In this document: positions 7,511-17,182 of the stretch, piece by piece
Layout of the letters: each line of letters begins with the position of its first letter
Numbering within the stretch: position 1 is the first letter of the stretch
Assembly: GCA_041744215.1 (NCBI GenBank)
Contig: JBGTLG010000030.1
Location: 1 to 64,000 of the forward strand
From: Fimbriimonadales bacterium
GTDB lineage: Bacteria > Armatimonadota > Fimbriimonadia > Fimbriimonadales > ATM1
Direction of reading: 5' to 3'
Length of the DNA: 64,000 nt
Position numbers and translations under genes: made by a program
Notes under the pieces: generated by a model
Database searches by the model: none
Told to the model about the DNA's origin: nothing
Seen by the model: only the letters and a program-made list of their open reading frames with translations

Positions 7511-10300
7511 ATGAAAGAAGTTCGAACTGTAGTGACTTGGGCCGCTGGATTTGCGCTGTGTGTATGTGCAAGTGCAGCAGTCACTCCTTGGCAAGGTGTC
7601 GATTGGCAGAATGTTCTCGGCACGCCGCCGAGCTATGTCAACGGCAGCAATCACCTTGTCGTGCCGATCAATGAGACGAATCTAGGCATAGCCTGGTCAG
7701 AAAAACTGACGCCGCTGTTCCCTGCATCGGGTGCTGGCAGTTTTCGATCGGGGAGCACGCCGTTCTTTGAGGCGCAGTTCGCTGACGGCGGATTCTTCCC
7801 GGGAGTTGCCAGCCCCCTTATCCTCAGCGAACATAGCTCGCCAATCCCGGGAGACGGATTTAGTATATCTTGCGGTGCGAGTGGTCCGTTCTACGCCATC
7901 GCGTGGCAAAACTACAAGACTGGGCAGCAAGGGAGTTTCCCGTTTACCCTGCGCGCTCCCGGCGTTAAGACCGTGCGAATTGTACGCGTTGATCTTGGCA
8001 TTGCCTATAGAATCGATGTTTTTTTTAACGGCGTGAAAGTATTCACGTCTCTGCAAGTAACAGATCAAATCACTGATCCGTATCTCGGCGATGTGTACCT
8101 GGCCGGTATCGGGGCGGCGGGTCAGGAAGTTGTTTACACCGCGTTTGGCGCGGGACTGGTCGACCCAGGAACCGACCTCACGACTCCGGTTGACCTCTCT
8201 GGTGGCTATCTCGAACCCAGCTCTGATCTGTCGGCACTGGAGTTTGGGTTCACGTCGGCCTCGACTGCAGAATGGAGCCCTTTGGGCGCGACAGATCAAG
8301 TTCTGGAGAAATCACTTGCGACCACTTTGGCGGATACGCTTGAGGGGACATACACTCCGTTTTCGGACGCGTTAAAGAAGCCTGTTGGCTTTGCGGAGCC
8401 TGTCTCAGGACGAACTTTCGCGTTCAACGCGTCGCTCTCGGGTAGCTGGTCAGAAGGAGTTGAAGGGCAATCCGAATTCTCTGTACACGTCTTTGAAACT
8501 CCTTCTGGACCAGGCAATGCCAGCGTTAGGTTTGCTCAGATCGGCGGAGACTTTGAAATCGCGCTTTGGGACAGTTCGTCCACAAAGCAAGACAGTTTCA
8601 TAGACACGACGTCCACGAGCGCTTATCGAATCGAAGGCCATGTGACGCCGTCAGGAGACCTATCGCTGACTGTGACGCGAGCCAATGGCCCGATGATCGG
8701 CAGTTCGTTCACTTTGGGGCCGATTGTCAGTGGCTTGACACCTGGGAATTCGCATGGATTTCGCGCAGGTTTTGAGACGTCAACTGCGTTGCGCGGTCGT
8801 GCTGTTGTTCATATCGATGGCTTTGTTATCAATGCGCCTGCGAATGCGCTCTATGTCTTTACAGACAATCCATACGTTCAGCCAGCCGATACGATCACTT
8901 ATCGTCTTGGTATGGCGAACCTTGCACAGCCTGTCTACGGCTCGCAAGCGTTCTTATCAAACTCGGCTCCTGGCGTTCAGTCATTCGCCGGAGCAGGCTA
9001 TACCGCGCTGCCATTCTCCACGTGGATCATCAACCCGATAACCGCGACGCTCGCCATCGCCTCAGGCACTGACTTCTTTGGACCCGGTGTCACGGATGAC
9101 GCCAATCTGGCTGGCCTGCAGTTCGCTGCGGCAAACGAGGGCGCGGCCCGGCTGTTGATCGAGGCAGTCAACGGACAAGGTATCCCGACTCGCTTCACCG
9201 ATGTTTTGGGACAAGAGGTGACGCCAAAACGATTTAGTTCTAACGTTGTCATCGTAGACGGTACTCCACCTCAGCTAACGAGTTTGAGTGCAACACAAGG
9301 TGGGCCGAATCTGATCCCAGGCGGAACCGCGATTCAGGGAGTCATGGATGTGTCTGTAGTTGTCGCGGACCCTGCGACGGGCTCGGGCCTTGCGGCGTAT
9401 CCGGTTCTCATTGTCGATTTCGCGCCGATCGGATCGAATGGTGGCGAAGACGTGCAAATCACGATGCATGCCGGCGATGGAAATGAGTTTAGAGCTCAGG
9501 TCGCCTTGGGAACGACCACTCCATGCGGTCCGGCGGAGATACGAGTTGAGGCCGCGGACGATTCCGGAAACTTGGGACTTACGAGCGGAGCGTTGCTGGT
9601 GAACACGGCGCAAGTCGCTATTGAAGTTTCACTATCCCACGTTCAATTGCCTACGGGTGTCGTTGTGACGAGGTGGGTTCAGATTACTTTGGGGTCCACT
9701 GGCGGATCAAATCCGCCGATCGTTGTTGATGCATTGGTCGCGTTTTCGGATCCTGATGGAACTGGAGTCGGCAACACTTTGCCCGCGTCTGGTGTAGCTA
9801 TCATTACCCAGCTACCCTGTGGCGTCGGTACTGCGATTGACGCTGTCTCAGCGAAAGATCCACTTCATACTTTGCGTTCCGCTGGCGCACTGACGTATCT
9901 GGGTAACAATCAGTACATGGGATCGGTTGCACTGGCTGGCGGCGACGCGAACAATGATAACGTTATCGACGTCCTAGACTTCGGCGTATTCGCGTCTCAG
10001 TACGGCATGAACGTCGGCGCGAACACCGCGATCAGTCAACCCCCGCCACACGCTGACTTCAGTGCGAACGGGCTTGTCGATACCGCTGACTACACATTTA
10101 TATCCACGCAATTCTTGATGGTCGGAGATCCGCCGCCCGGCAACTGGCTCCTCGCTCCGCCCACGCCTAAGAAGAGGGCGAGCGTCAAGGAAATGCTGGT
10201 GGCCGGAGCCTTTCGAGCGGCAGAGTTCGACCTCAATGGCGATGGCTGGGTTGATTACTGGGAGATTGAGATGTGGCTCACGAAGCGGAGGCTCTCGTGA
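7511..10300 (+). CDS. Secreted multidomain protein: N-terminal beta-rich domains, cohesin-like, Ig-like, dockerin and an extra EF-hand
   Basis: Signal peptide MKEVRTVVTWAAGFALCVCASAA; cohesin-like region ~8843-9260; duplicated Ca loops GDANNDNVIDVLDF and ADFSANGLVDTADY; FDLNGDGWVDYWE. Confidence 0.8.
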   Translation: MKEVRTVVTWAAGFALCVCASAAVTPWQGVDWQNVLGTPPSYVNGSNHLVVPINETNLGIAWSEKLTPLFPASGAGSFRSGSTPFFEAQFADGGFFPGVASPLILSEHSSPIPGDGFSISCGASGPFYAIAWQNYKTGQQGSFPFTLRAPGVKTVRIVRVDLGIAYRIDVFFNGVKVFTSLQVTDQITDPYLGDVYLAGIGAAGQEVVYTAFGAGLVDPGTDLTTPVDLSGGYLEPSSDLSALEFGFTSASTAEWSPLGATDQVLEKSLATTLADTLEGTYTPFSDALKKPVGFAEPVSGRTFAFNASLSGSWSEGVEGQSEFSVHVFETPSGPGNASVRFAQIGGDFEIALWDSSSTKQDSFIDTTSTSAYRIEGHVTPSGDLSLTVTRANGPMIGSSFTLGPIVSGLTPGNSHGFRAGFETSTALRGRAVVHIDGFVINAPANALYVFTDNPYVQPADTITYRLGMANLAQPVYGSQAFLSNSAPGVQSFAGAGYTALPFSTWIINPITATLAIASGTDFFGPGVTDDANLAGLQFAAANEGAARLLIEAVNGQGIPTRFTDVLGQEVTPKRFSSNVVIVDGTPPQLTSLSATQGGPNLIPGGTAIQGVMDVSVVVADPATGSGLAAYPVLIVDFAPIGSNGGEDVQITMHAGDGNEFRAQVALGTTTPCGPAEIRVEAADDSGNLGLTSGALLVNTAQVAIEVSLSHVQLPTGVVVTRWVQITLGSTGGSNPPIVVDALVAFSDPDGTGVGNTLPASGVAIITQLPCGVGTAIDAVSAKDPLHTLRSAGALTYLGNNQYMGSVALAGGDANNDNVIDVLDFGVFASQYGMNVGANTAISQPPPHADFSANGLVDTADYTFISTQFLMVGDPPPGNWLLAPPTPKKRASVKEMLVAGAFRAAEFDLNGDGWVDYWEIEMWLTKRRLS

Positions 10301-10365
10301 GAACTTTGAAAGCAACATATCCCGTCGTTTGCTCAAACAGTACGGCGGGTAACAGGAGGACAGCT

Positions 10366-11013
10366 ATGACAATGCGATTGATTTTGGGGCTCGGGCTTTT
10401 GGCTCCCATTTCCGCACTTGCGCTTATCGATTTGGAGTTTCGCTCGCATTACCAGCAGGTGAAATTGGGCAAGACTGTGTCTATCGGCCTTTATGCAGTT
10501 TCGGACAACGCCAACAACCAGCTGCTTTCGGCGATGGACGTGGTGGTTCGATGGGATCCGACTTATCTGAATCCGATTAGCTTCACCAACGCTGGGAACG
10601 GTTACGCATGGCAGAGCAGCGGGTTTTTTCCCGGTTCGATCAACAACAGCCTTAGCGATGGCGACGCGATGTGGACCGCTTGGGCGAGACCAGGCGATCC
10701 TGCGGCTGCGACACCGGCTGGTCTGCTAGTTACGACTTTTCGATTCACGGCACTCGCTATCACGCTGGGAACAATGGTTGAGATCGTTCCAAGTTTCAAC
10801 GGATTCACGACAGTCGTGTTTGACGGCACTACGCCAAACACCCCGGTGACGGGCCAATTGGGCTCGGCAAAAGTGATGATCACTCCCTATGTGCCACCAC
10901 CTGGGCCGCCGATCGGCGCCGGATCGGAAGCCGTGCCGGAGCCAGGGACCCTCGTGATCCTTACAGGCGGGATTGCGTGGTTTCTCGCTCGCCGGAGGAA
11001 CCGCGGAGTCTGA
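10366..11013 (+). CDS. Cohesin-like domain protein with PEP-CTERM sorting signal
   Basis: SD AGGAGG; signal peptide; VKLGKTVSIGLYA...AMDVVVRWDPTYL...GLLVTTFRFTA cohesin-like beta pattern; Pro-rich linker; VPEPGTL-TM-RRRNR. Confidence 0.8.
   Translation: MTMRLILGLGLLAPISALALIDLEFRSHYQQVKLGKTVSIGLYAVSDNANNQLLSAMDVVVRWDPTYLNPISFTNAGNGYAWQSSGFFPGSINNSLSDGDAMWTAWARPGDPAAATPAGLLVTTFRFTALAITLGTMVEIVPSFNGFTTVVFDGTTPNTPVTGQLGSAKVMITPYVPPPGPPIGAGSEAVPEPGTLVILTGGIAWFLARRRNRGV
10694..10718 (+). repeat. 25-bp exact direct repeat, copy 2
   Basis: Identical to 6213-6237; encodes DPAAATP(A). Confidence 0.9.
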
Positions 11014-11089
11014 CTCGCGGGTCAACGACTCATCGCGGATGGCAGGGGCTGCGGCGTCGCATGTTCGCCAGGCGGCCATAATAGAGTCT

Positions 11090-12076
11090 GTGTCACGGAA
11101 GAGACTGCTGAGTGGGATGCAGCCCACGCAAGGAAAGCTACACCTCGGAAATCTGGAAGGAGCGCTGCGCAATTGGGTTCGTCTTCAGGCCGAGTATGAA
11201 ATGTTTGCCTGCATCGTCGATTGGCACGCACTAACGACGATGATCGAGAATCCGAGGGAGATTACGGAAAACTCATTCGGTGTGGCGATCGATTATCTCG
11301 CCGCGGGTCTGGATCCTGAGAAAACCGTAATCTTTATTCAGTCACAAGTGAAAGAGCACGCAGAGCTGTATCTGCTGTTCAGCATGGTCACACCGCTTGG
11401 CTGGCTGGAGCGCGTACCGACTTTTAAAGAGAAGCGGGACAACTTGGGATCTGGTGCCGAGGCGAGCCACGGACTATTGGGCTATCCGGTGCTGCAGGCT
11501 GCCGATATTCTGCTGTACCGACCTTATGGGGTTCCGGTTGGCAAGGATCAAGTCCCGCATCTTGAACTCTCTCGCGAGATCGCTCGACGATTCAATCATC
11601 TCTACGGCGAGACTTTCCCGCTGATCGAGAACGTACTCAGCGAAGTGCCTCTCATGATGGGGCTGGATGGACGCAAGATGAGCAAGAGTTACGACAACGC
11701 GATCTACATAGCCGATACCGAGGAAGAGACGGCCGCGAAGATCATGGCGGCATTTACTGACCCACTGAAGATACGCAAAGACGACCCTGGTCATCCGGAA
11801 GGATGCGCCGTCTTTAGCCTTCACTGTGTGTACAACCGACCAAATGCCGATAATGTTGAAGTGGAGTGTCGAGCGGGCCTCCGAGGATGCGTAACGTGCA
11901 AGCGAGAGTGCATTGAGGCTGTGAACTCGGCGATGACTGAGATTCGAGAGCGAAGGCGCAAGTTCGCTGACGATCCCGGCAGCGTCTTTCGCATTCTCGA
12001 ACAGGGCGCCGATAGGGCGCGGGCGGTGGCATCGGAAACAATGGCAGAAGCAAGAAAGTCTATGGGATTGCTATGA
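11090..12076 (+). CDS. trpS: Tryptophan--tRNA ligase
   Basis: SGMQPT..LHLGN, YPVLQAADIL, VPVGKDQ, KMSKS. Confidence 0.97.
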   Translation: MSRKRLLSGMQPTQGKLHLGNLEGALRNWVRLQAEYEMFACIVDWHALTTMIENPREITENSFGVAIDYLAAGLDPEKTVIFIQSQVKEHAELYLLFSMVTPLGWLERVPTFKEKRDNLGSGAEASHGLLGYPVLQAADILLYRPYGVPVGKDQVPHLELSREIARRFNHLYGETFPLIENVLSEVPLMMGLDGRKMSKSYDNAIYIADTEEETAAKIMAAFTDPLKIRKDDPGHPEGCAVFSLHCVYNRPNADNVEVECRAGLRGCVTCKRECIEAVNSAMTEIRERRRKFADDPGSVFRILEQGADRARAVASETMAEARKSMGLL

Positions 12077-12846
12077 AGCGTGATATTAAGGCGGTTTTCT
12101 TCGACTTGGACGATACGCTCTGTGCGTATTGGGCTGCCAGCCGCAAGGGCCTGAGGCAAGCGATCGACGAGGCTGAACTCACCATCTCGACCGACGACGT
12201 GATCAGGGCGTGGCGAGAAGTGTTCTCGACGTTTTCCAAGGAGATTAAGACTGACACATGGTACCGACACTATCTGGAGAGCGGTGAGCCCACCCGCACG
12301 GAGCACCTGAAGCGGACACTCGAACTGCTGGGTATCCCAGATGATGTGAAAGCGAAGTCGTTATCAGATAACTATGCGAGGCTTCGCGACCAATACTTGA
12401 CTCTCTTCCCGGAGGCACTTTCACTCCTTCAGCATCTCCAAGGGCGATTCTGTCTTGGGCTGATTACAAACGGTCCTGCGGACATCCAACGGCAGGAAAT
12501 CGAAACGCTGGGGATTGCTGAGTTCTTTGACCACATTTTTATCGAAGGAGAGTTTAAGATCGGCAAGCCTCACGCGGAGATCTTTGATGCTGCTCGCGAC
12601 AAGTGTGGTTTCGCTCCCGAGCAGATGCTCTTTGTGGGGAACGCTTTCGAACACGATGTCCAAGGGGCGAAGCAAGCTGGCTGGTGGGCGATTTGGGTGA
12701 ACCGCGGCGAAGAATTCGACCCGGGAACTGATCCTCGTCCGGATGCCGAGATTGTTCACCTCTATGAGGTTTGCGATTGGTTGGGAATTGACGCCCCCGT
12801 AGCGACGAGGCATCAAGAACCTGTCGAATCGAAGAACTGGAGATAA
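12073..12846 (+). CDS. HAD-superfamily hydrolase (YjjG-like)
   Basis: FFDLDDTL, LITNG, GKP, FVGN..EHDV.GA. Confidence 0.9.
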   Translation: MKRDIKAVFFDLDDTLCAYWAASRKGLRQAIDEAELTISTDDVIRAWREVFSTFSKEIKTDTWYRHYLESGEPTRTEHLKRTLELLGIPDDVKAKSLSDNYARLRDQYLTLFPEALSLLQHLQGRFCLGLITNGPADIQRQEIETLGIAEFFDHIFIEGEFKIGKPHAEIFDAARDKCGFAPEQMLFVGNAFEHDVQGAKQAGWWAIWVNRGEEFDPGTDPRPDAEIVHLYEVCDWLGIDAPVATRHQEPVESKNWR

Positions 12847-12941
12847 GTTCATGAGGTCGCTCACACAAAGGTGTAGTGGGCAGAATCTGTAGCCCCTTTC
12901 CAACTCAGAATGACAATAGTGCGTAAACTGGTGACTACTCT

Positions 12942-13484
12942 ATGATCGCTACTTTTGGATGTTTCCTGCTGACGCTCGTCTCGGCAGTCAGCCAGTCGCC
13001 GGAAATGCAGAAACTGTCGTTCCTGATCGGGGAGTGGCATTCTGTTGAACGATCAACTGCACCCAATCGTGAGCCGATTGACTTCACGCTTGATGGGAAG
13101 AATGAGTGGACTCTTGGTGGGAAGGGCATCAAGATCGAGGAGACGCTGCACTTTCCTGGTGACCGAAAGTCCTACAACTTCATTCTCACGCTGTGGGACG
13201 CCAAGCAAGAAAAGTACGTCATGCACTGGTACTCGGACAATGCAAGTGGCGCAAGAACATTCGCTGGGACCTTCGTGGGAAACCGGCTGGTTCTCGTGCA
13301 CACGCCCGACGCTGGCCAAGGACTGACGATGCGAATCACGTATGTGCCGGAATCTGAGAGGGTCATCAGTGCGCTGCTAGAGGTCAAGGTCGAGGATGAG
13401 TGGCAAGTGCGTACTGTCGCAAAGTACACCAGGAAGCAAGCGATGAAGTTGTTTAACGAATCATCGCAGCCCTTAGGGCTCTAA
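12942..13484 (+). CDS. Secreted DUF1579-like protein
   Basis: Signal peptide; PEMQKLSFLIGEW...W.LGG...WDAKQEKYVMHWYS. Confidence 0.7.
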   Translation: MIATFGCFLLTLVSAVSQSPEMQKLSFLIGEWHSVERSTAPNREPIDFTLDGKNEWTLGGKGIKIEETLHFPGDRKSYNFILTLWDAKQEKYVMHWYSDNASGARTFAGTFVGNRLVLVHTPDAGQGLTMRITYVPESERVISALLEVKVEDEWQVRTVAKYTRKQAMKLFNESSQPLGL

Positions 13485-13517
13485 AGCCGGTCCGCGAACC
13501 AGGGGCAGTTAGTGTGC

Positions 13518-15038
13518 TTAGTCGCCGTGGCTGAGCTTCGGGTCAATCACTTCGTACTCTGACGCGACGTCATCGTCTTCCGGTCGAATATCGGGGAAGC
13601 GCGTCTGCACGACCCTGCTCGTCATGGCGTCGCCCGTGATGTTCACGATGGTGCGCATCATATCCAGCGGCCTGTCAATTGCGAAGATTGTCGCGATTTT
13701 TGTCGCGGGCAGCCCTATCGCGCTGAGTACGATAACCATCGTTACAAGTCCTGCGCTTGGAATGCCGGCTGCCCCCATCGCCGCGACAACCGAAAGGATC
13801 GCCACAAGGAACTGCTGGCCAAAACCGAGATCGAACCCAAACGCCTGCGCAAAGAAGATGACGGTCACTGCTTCAAAAAGGGCTGTCCCGTCCATGTTGA
13901 GCGTCGCACCGACCGGCACTACAAAGTTGCGGATGCGCTTGGAAACGCCCATGTCCTCAACGCACTTCATGGTTACGGGCAAGGTCGCAGTGGAGCTATT
14001 TGTTCCGAACGCGACGGCCATCGCCGGGCCAAGCTTGCGCACGAACTCAATCGGATTGTATTTTCCAATGAATGTAACAATCAGCAACAGTATCACGAAA
14101 TGTGTTGCAAGAGCAAGCGTTACGGTGAGAGCGAACAGACTGAGTCCCTTGAGCAATGTACCGAGGAATTCCACGTCCTGCGTCGCAATTGTGTGGGCAA
14201 TCAACAACCCAACGCCATACGGGGCCAGTGCCATGACCCAACCAATCAGCACAAACATGAGATCATTTAGCGCTTCAAAGAAGTTGAATACCGGCGAAGA
14301 TCTGCGCTTACCAAGGCTAAGGATAGCGAATGCTAACAGGATCGTGAAGAACAGAATGCCGATGATGTCGAGCTTGACAATCGCCTCAACAGGATTTGTT
14401 GGGATTACTCGCAAGATCAGTTCGGAAGGAGTCTGATCGGCGATGGCTATGTCTTTCGCTTCGCCCGACCACGCTTCTCGCAGCGGCATTCCTGGCTGTA
14501 TTGAGTTTACGTAGGCGACCCCCACGCCTGCCGCGATCAACATCGTTGCTATGTAAATGGTGGCCGTCGTGCCGCCGAGACGCCCGAGCAACCTGACATT
14601 TCCAAGACTAGCGATACCAACGAGTACCGTTGCGATGATTAGCGGGACGACGAGCATCCGCAAGAGGCGAAGGAAAACTTCCCCGCCCACATAGATGACT
14701 TCGGTAATGGCTGGGCGTACCGAGACCGATTTTCGCTCTTTGAGCTCAGCGGAGGTAACAGCTAAGGATGTTGCATCTGATATTGCCGCAGGGAGGTCGC
14801 GCATCGGTATTCCTCCCCAAGCAATTGCTTCCCCGGTCTCCTCGCCGTCAACTTTTAGGCGCGCAGGCTTGATCCCGTCTGGAATCAAGACGGTTAGCGA
14901 ATCTCCGGTCACCGTCGTTACTTCAAGTCTGTCGCTTGGTTGTACTCCGACCGGCGCGACTTGTATGAGCAGCAAGCCCAAGCCGATGCCGATGACTATG
15001 CCGATGAGTACTCGCAGCCCTATACTCTTGCGTTTCAT
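13518..15038 (-). CDS. Dicarboxylate/amino acid:cation symporter (DAACS)
   Basis: FLRLLRMLVVPLI, AFGTNSSTATLP, GATLNMDGTAL, DMMRTIVNITGD. Confidence 0.93.
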   Translation of the reverse strand: MKRKSIGLRVLIGIVIGIGLGLLLIQVAPVGVQPSDRLEVTTVTGDSLTVLIPDGIKPARLKVDGEETGEAIAWGGIPMRDLPAAISDATSLAVTSAELKERKSVSVRPAITEVIYVGGEVFLRLLRMLVVPLIIATVLVGIASLGNVRLLGRLGGTTATIYIATMLIAAGVGVAYVNSIQPGMPLREAWSGEAKDIAIADQTPSELILRVIPTNPVEAIVKLDIIGILFFTILLAFAILSLGKRRSSPVFNFFEALNDLMFVLIGWVMALAPYGVGLLIAHTIATQDVEFLGTLLKGLSLFALTVTLALATHFVILLLIVTFIGKYNPIEFVRKLGPAMAVAFGTNSSTATLPVTMKCVEDMGVSKRIRNFVVPVGATLNMDGTALFEAVTVIFFAQAFGFDLGFGQQFLVAILSVVAAMGAAGIPSAGLVTMVIVLSAIGLPATKIATIFAIDRPLDMMRTIVNITGDAMTSRVVQTRFPDIRPEDDDVASEYEVIDPKLSHGD

Positions 15039-15076
15039 AGAATTCCCTCTCGCGGCAATCCTACCTCCAGATAGGG

Positions 15077-17182
15077 CTATTGGAGCGGGAGGCCAGTTGG
15101 GGCCATTGGCAATTGCCTGCGACGGATGCCGGTTGCGGCGAAGATCGCGTTTCCGATCGCCGGAGCAATCGCGATGATCGGCGTTTCGCTTCCGCCAGCG
15201 GACGGTAAATCCTTCCTATCGAGGATCAAAGTCTCCATCAGAGGCGTGTCTCTAAAGCGAGGGACCCTGTATCTGGAGAAGCGATCCGTCAAGACCTTTC
15301 CGTTCTGAAACTCGATCTGCTCAAAGAGCGCTCCTCCTATACCCATAATCACTGATCCCTCTACTTGACTCCTTAGGTGGACAGGGTTTACAACGGCCCC
15401 GCATTCGAATGCGGTCACTGCTCGCACAACGTACACGCTGCCACCGCGATCAATTTCGATTTCGACAGCGTTCGCGACAAAGCCTCCCTTCTCTGTTCCA
15501 CAAGCAATTCCGAAGCCACGCCTCTCCGTACTTGGATTCTTCCCCCAGCCGAAGTGGTTCGCTGCGGCTTCGAGCACATCGCGGAGACGCTGGTTCTTCA
15601 GGTTTCTCAGTCGAAACTCGAGAGGGTCGAGGCCAGCAAGCTTCGCGAGGTCGTCTAAGTGCGACTCGCGAGCGAAGTTGTTTGCAGTCGCGGCTAGCGC
15701 GCGGTACGAGCCCTGGCGCAAGGGCGAGCGTGCTTGGTGGGATTGCGTGCGGGGATTTAGGACTTCGTACGGCATTGCGATGCCTGACCCACCTGAGTTG
15801 TAATTGTCGTGCTCCCAATGCGCAATACGCCCGTCTGCAGTTAATGCACCGCGAATCTCGATTACGCCTGCAGGGCGGAAGTATGCAAATGTGAACTCCT
15901 CTTCGCGTGTCCAGACTAGGCTGATGGGTTGTCCTGTTGAGTGACAAACTCTGGCCGCCTCTACCGCTGCGTCGCCAGTGTGTTTCCCTCCATAGCCAGA
16001 TCCCGTATCCGGCACGATGACGCGAACACGATCTTCGGGAAGCCTAAGCGCAGCAACGATCTCAGCTTTCACTCCGAACGGTCGCTGCGTCCCAGTATAA
16101 ACCGTCAGCTTTCCGTCTGTGGTTTCCGCAAATGCAGCGCGAGGTTCAAGTGGTGCATGCGCTATGTAGGAGATATTGTAAGTTGCCTCGACAATATCGA
16201 TTCCCTGAGGCGGTTCTCGCCGCGCTGCAGTTCCTCTGAGAATCTCGAATAGTTCGCGATGAGACGGTTGCTCTGTTTCCCGCCATTCTGCGTTGATTGC
16301 CAGCAGCGCTCGGTCTGCAAGACGCCGGGTTGGGGCAGCGACCGCGACAAAGTCACCCTGTTTTACAACCCGCACGCCGCTGATAGCCTCTGCCGCGGAT
16401 GTGTCTGCGTTAACCAATGAGGCGCCGAGCGTCGGTGGACGCAGCACTCTGGCGTGCAGCATGCCTTCACGGCGTATGTCAGATGCATAAAGGTGATTGC
16501 CCGTAACGATTTCCTTGCCGTTGGTCTTCTTTGCAGGCTTCCCCATGGTTGACCAATTTGTCGCCGACCTGAGATCAAGGTTTTCGGGAATCACTCGATC
16601 CATCGAGCTACTCGATGCGAGCTCTGCGTATGATATCGTGTTGCTTCCCCCAACCTCTTCGATCCTGCCGTTTCGAGCTCGCAACTCTGATCGCTCTACC
16701 TTCCACTTCTCCGCTGCGATGTCGATCAGAGTCTCGCGTGCGGCTGCTGCGGCCCGTCTCAACTGCGGCGACATCGTCGGTGTCGAGCGGCTGCCGAATG
16801 TTCCTTGATCATAGGGCACAAGATCTGTATCTGCCATGACCATCGAGATCGCTTCGATCGGCAAATGCAACTCCTCTGCCACCGCTTGCGCGAGGGAGGT
16901 GCGAATGTCCTGGCCCACCTCCGTCTTTCCAGTGCAGGCTCTTACTTTGCCGTCGGAGCCGATGTGGATCCATGCACCAATCCGTTGGGAGACTTGCTGT
17001 TGTCCACCACCGGCGCCGCGTTGGGCGTTTGCTGGGGTGACAACGCAGGTACCGACTGACAGCACCAACACACCTCCTCCAAGTAGCTTCAGCAACTCGC
17101 GGCGAGTCAACTCGGTTGGCTCGAGGGGCGACTCGTGAAGTTCGTATCTCTCAGCTTCGATCGGATACGGATGCTGGTTCAT
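15077..17182 (-). CDS. Xanthine dehydrogenase family molybdopterin-binding subunit (IorB-like), Tat signal
   Basis: TRRELLK, KTEVGQDIRT, TFGSRST, HAPLEP, GSGYGGK, SQVEGSVIMG; ATGA overlap with the upstream Fe-S gene. Confidence 0.92.
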   Translation of the reverse strand: MNQHPYPIEAERYELHESPLEPTELTRRELLKLLGGGVLVLSVGTCVVTPANAQRGAGGGQQQVSQRIGAWIHIGSDGKVRACTGKTEVGQDIRTSLAQAVAEELHLPIEAISMVMADTDLVPYDQGTFGSRSTPTMSPQLRRAAAAARETLIDIAAEKWKVERSELRARNGRIEEVGGSNTISYAELASSSSMDRVIPENLDLRSATNWSTMGKPAKKTNGKEIVTGNHLYASDIRREGMLHARVLRPPTLGASLVNADTSAAEAISGVRVVKQGDFVAVAAPTRRLADRALLAINAEWRETEQPSHRELFEILRGTAARREPPQGIDIVEATYNISYIAHAPLEPRAAFAETTDGKLTVYTGTQRPFGVKAEIVAALRLPEDRVRVIVPDTGSGYGGKHTGDAAVEAARVCHSTGQPISLVWTREEEFTFAYFRPAGVIEIRGALTADGRIAHWEHDNYNSGGSGIAMPYEVLNPRTQSHQARSPLRQGSYRALAATANNFARESHLDDLAKLAGLDPLEFRLRNLKNQRLRDVLEAAANHFGWGKNPSTERRGFGIACGTEKGGFVANAVEIEIDRGGSVYVVRAVTAFECGAVVNPVHLRSQVEGSVIMGIGGALFEQIEFQNGKVLTDRFSRYRVPRFRDTPLMETLILDRKDLPSAGGSETPIIAIAPAIGNAIFAATGIRRRQLPMAPTGLPLQ

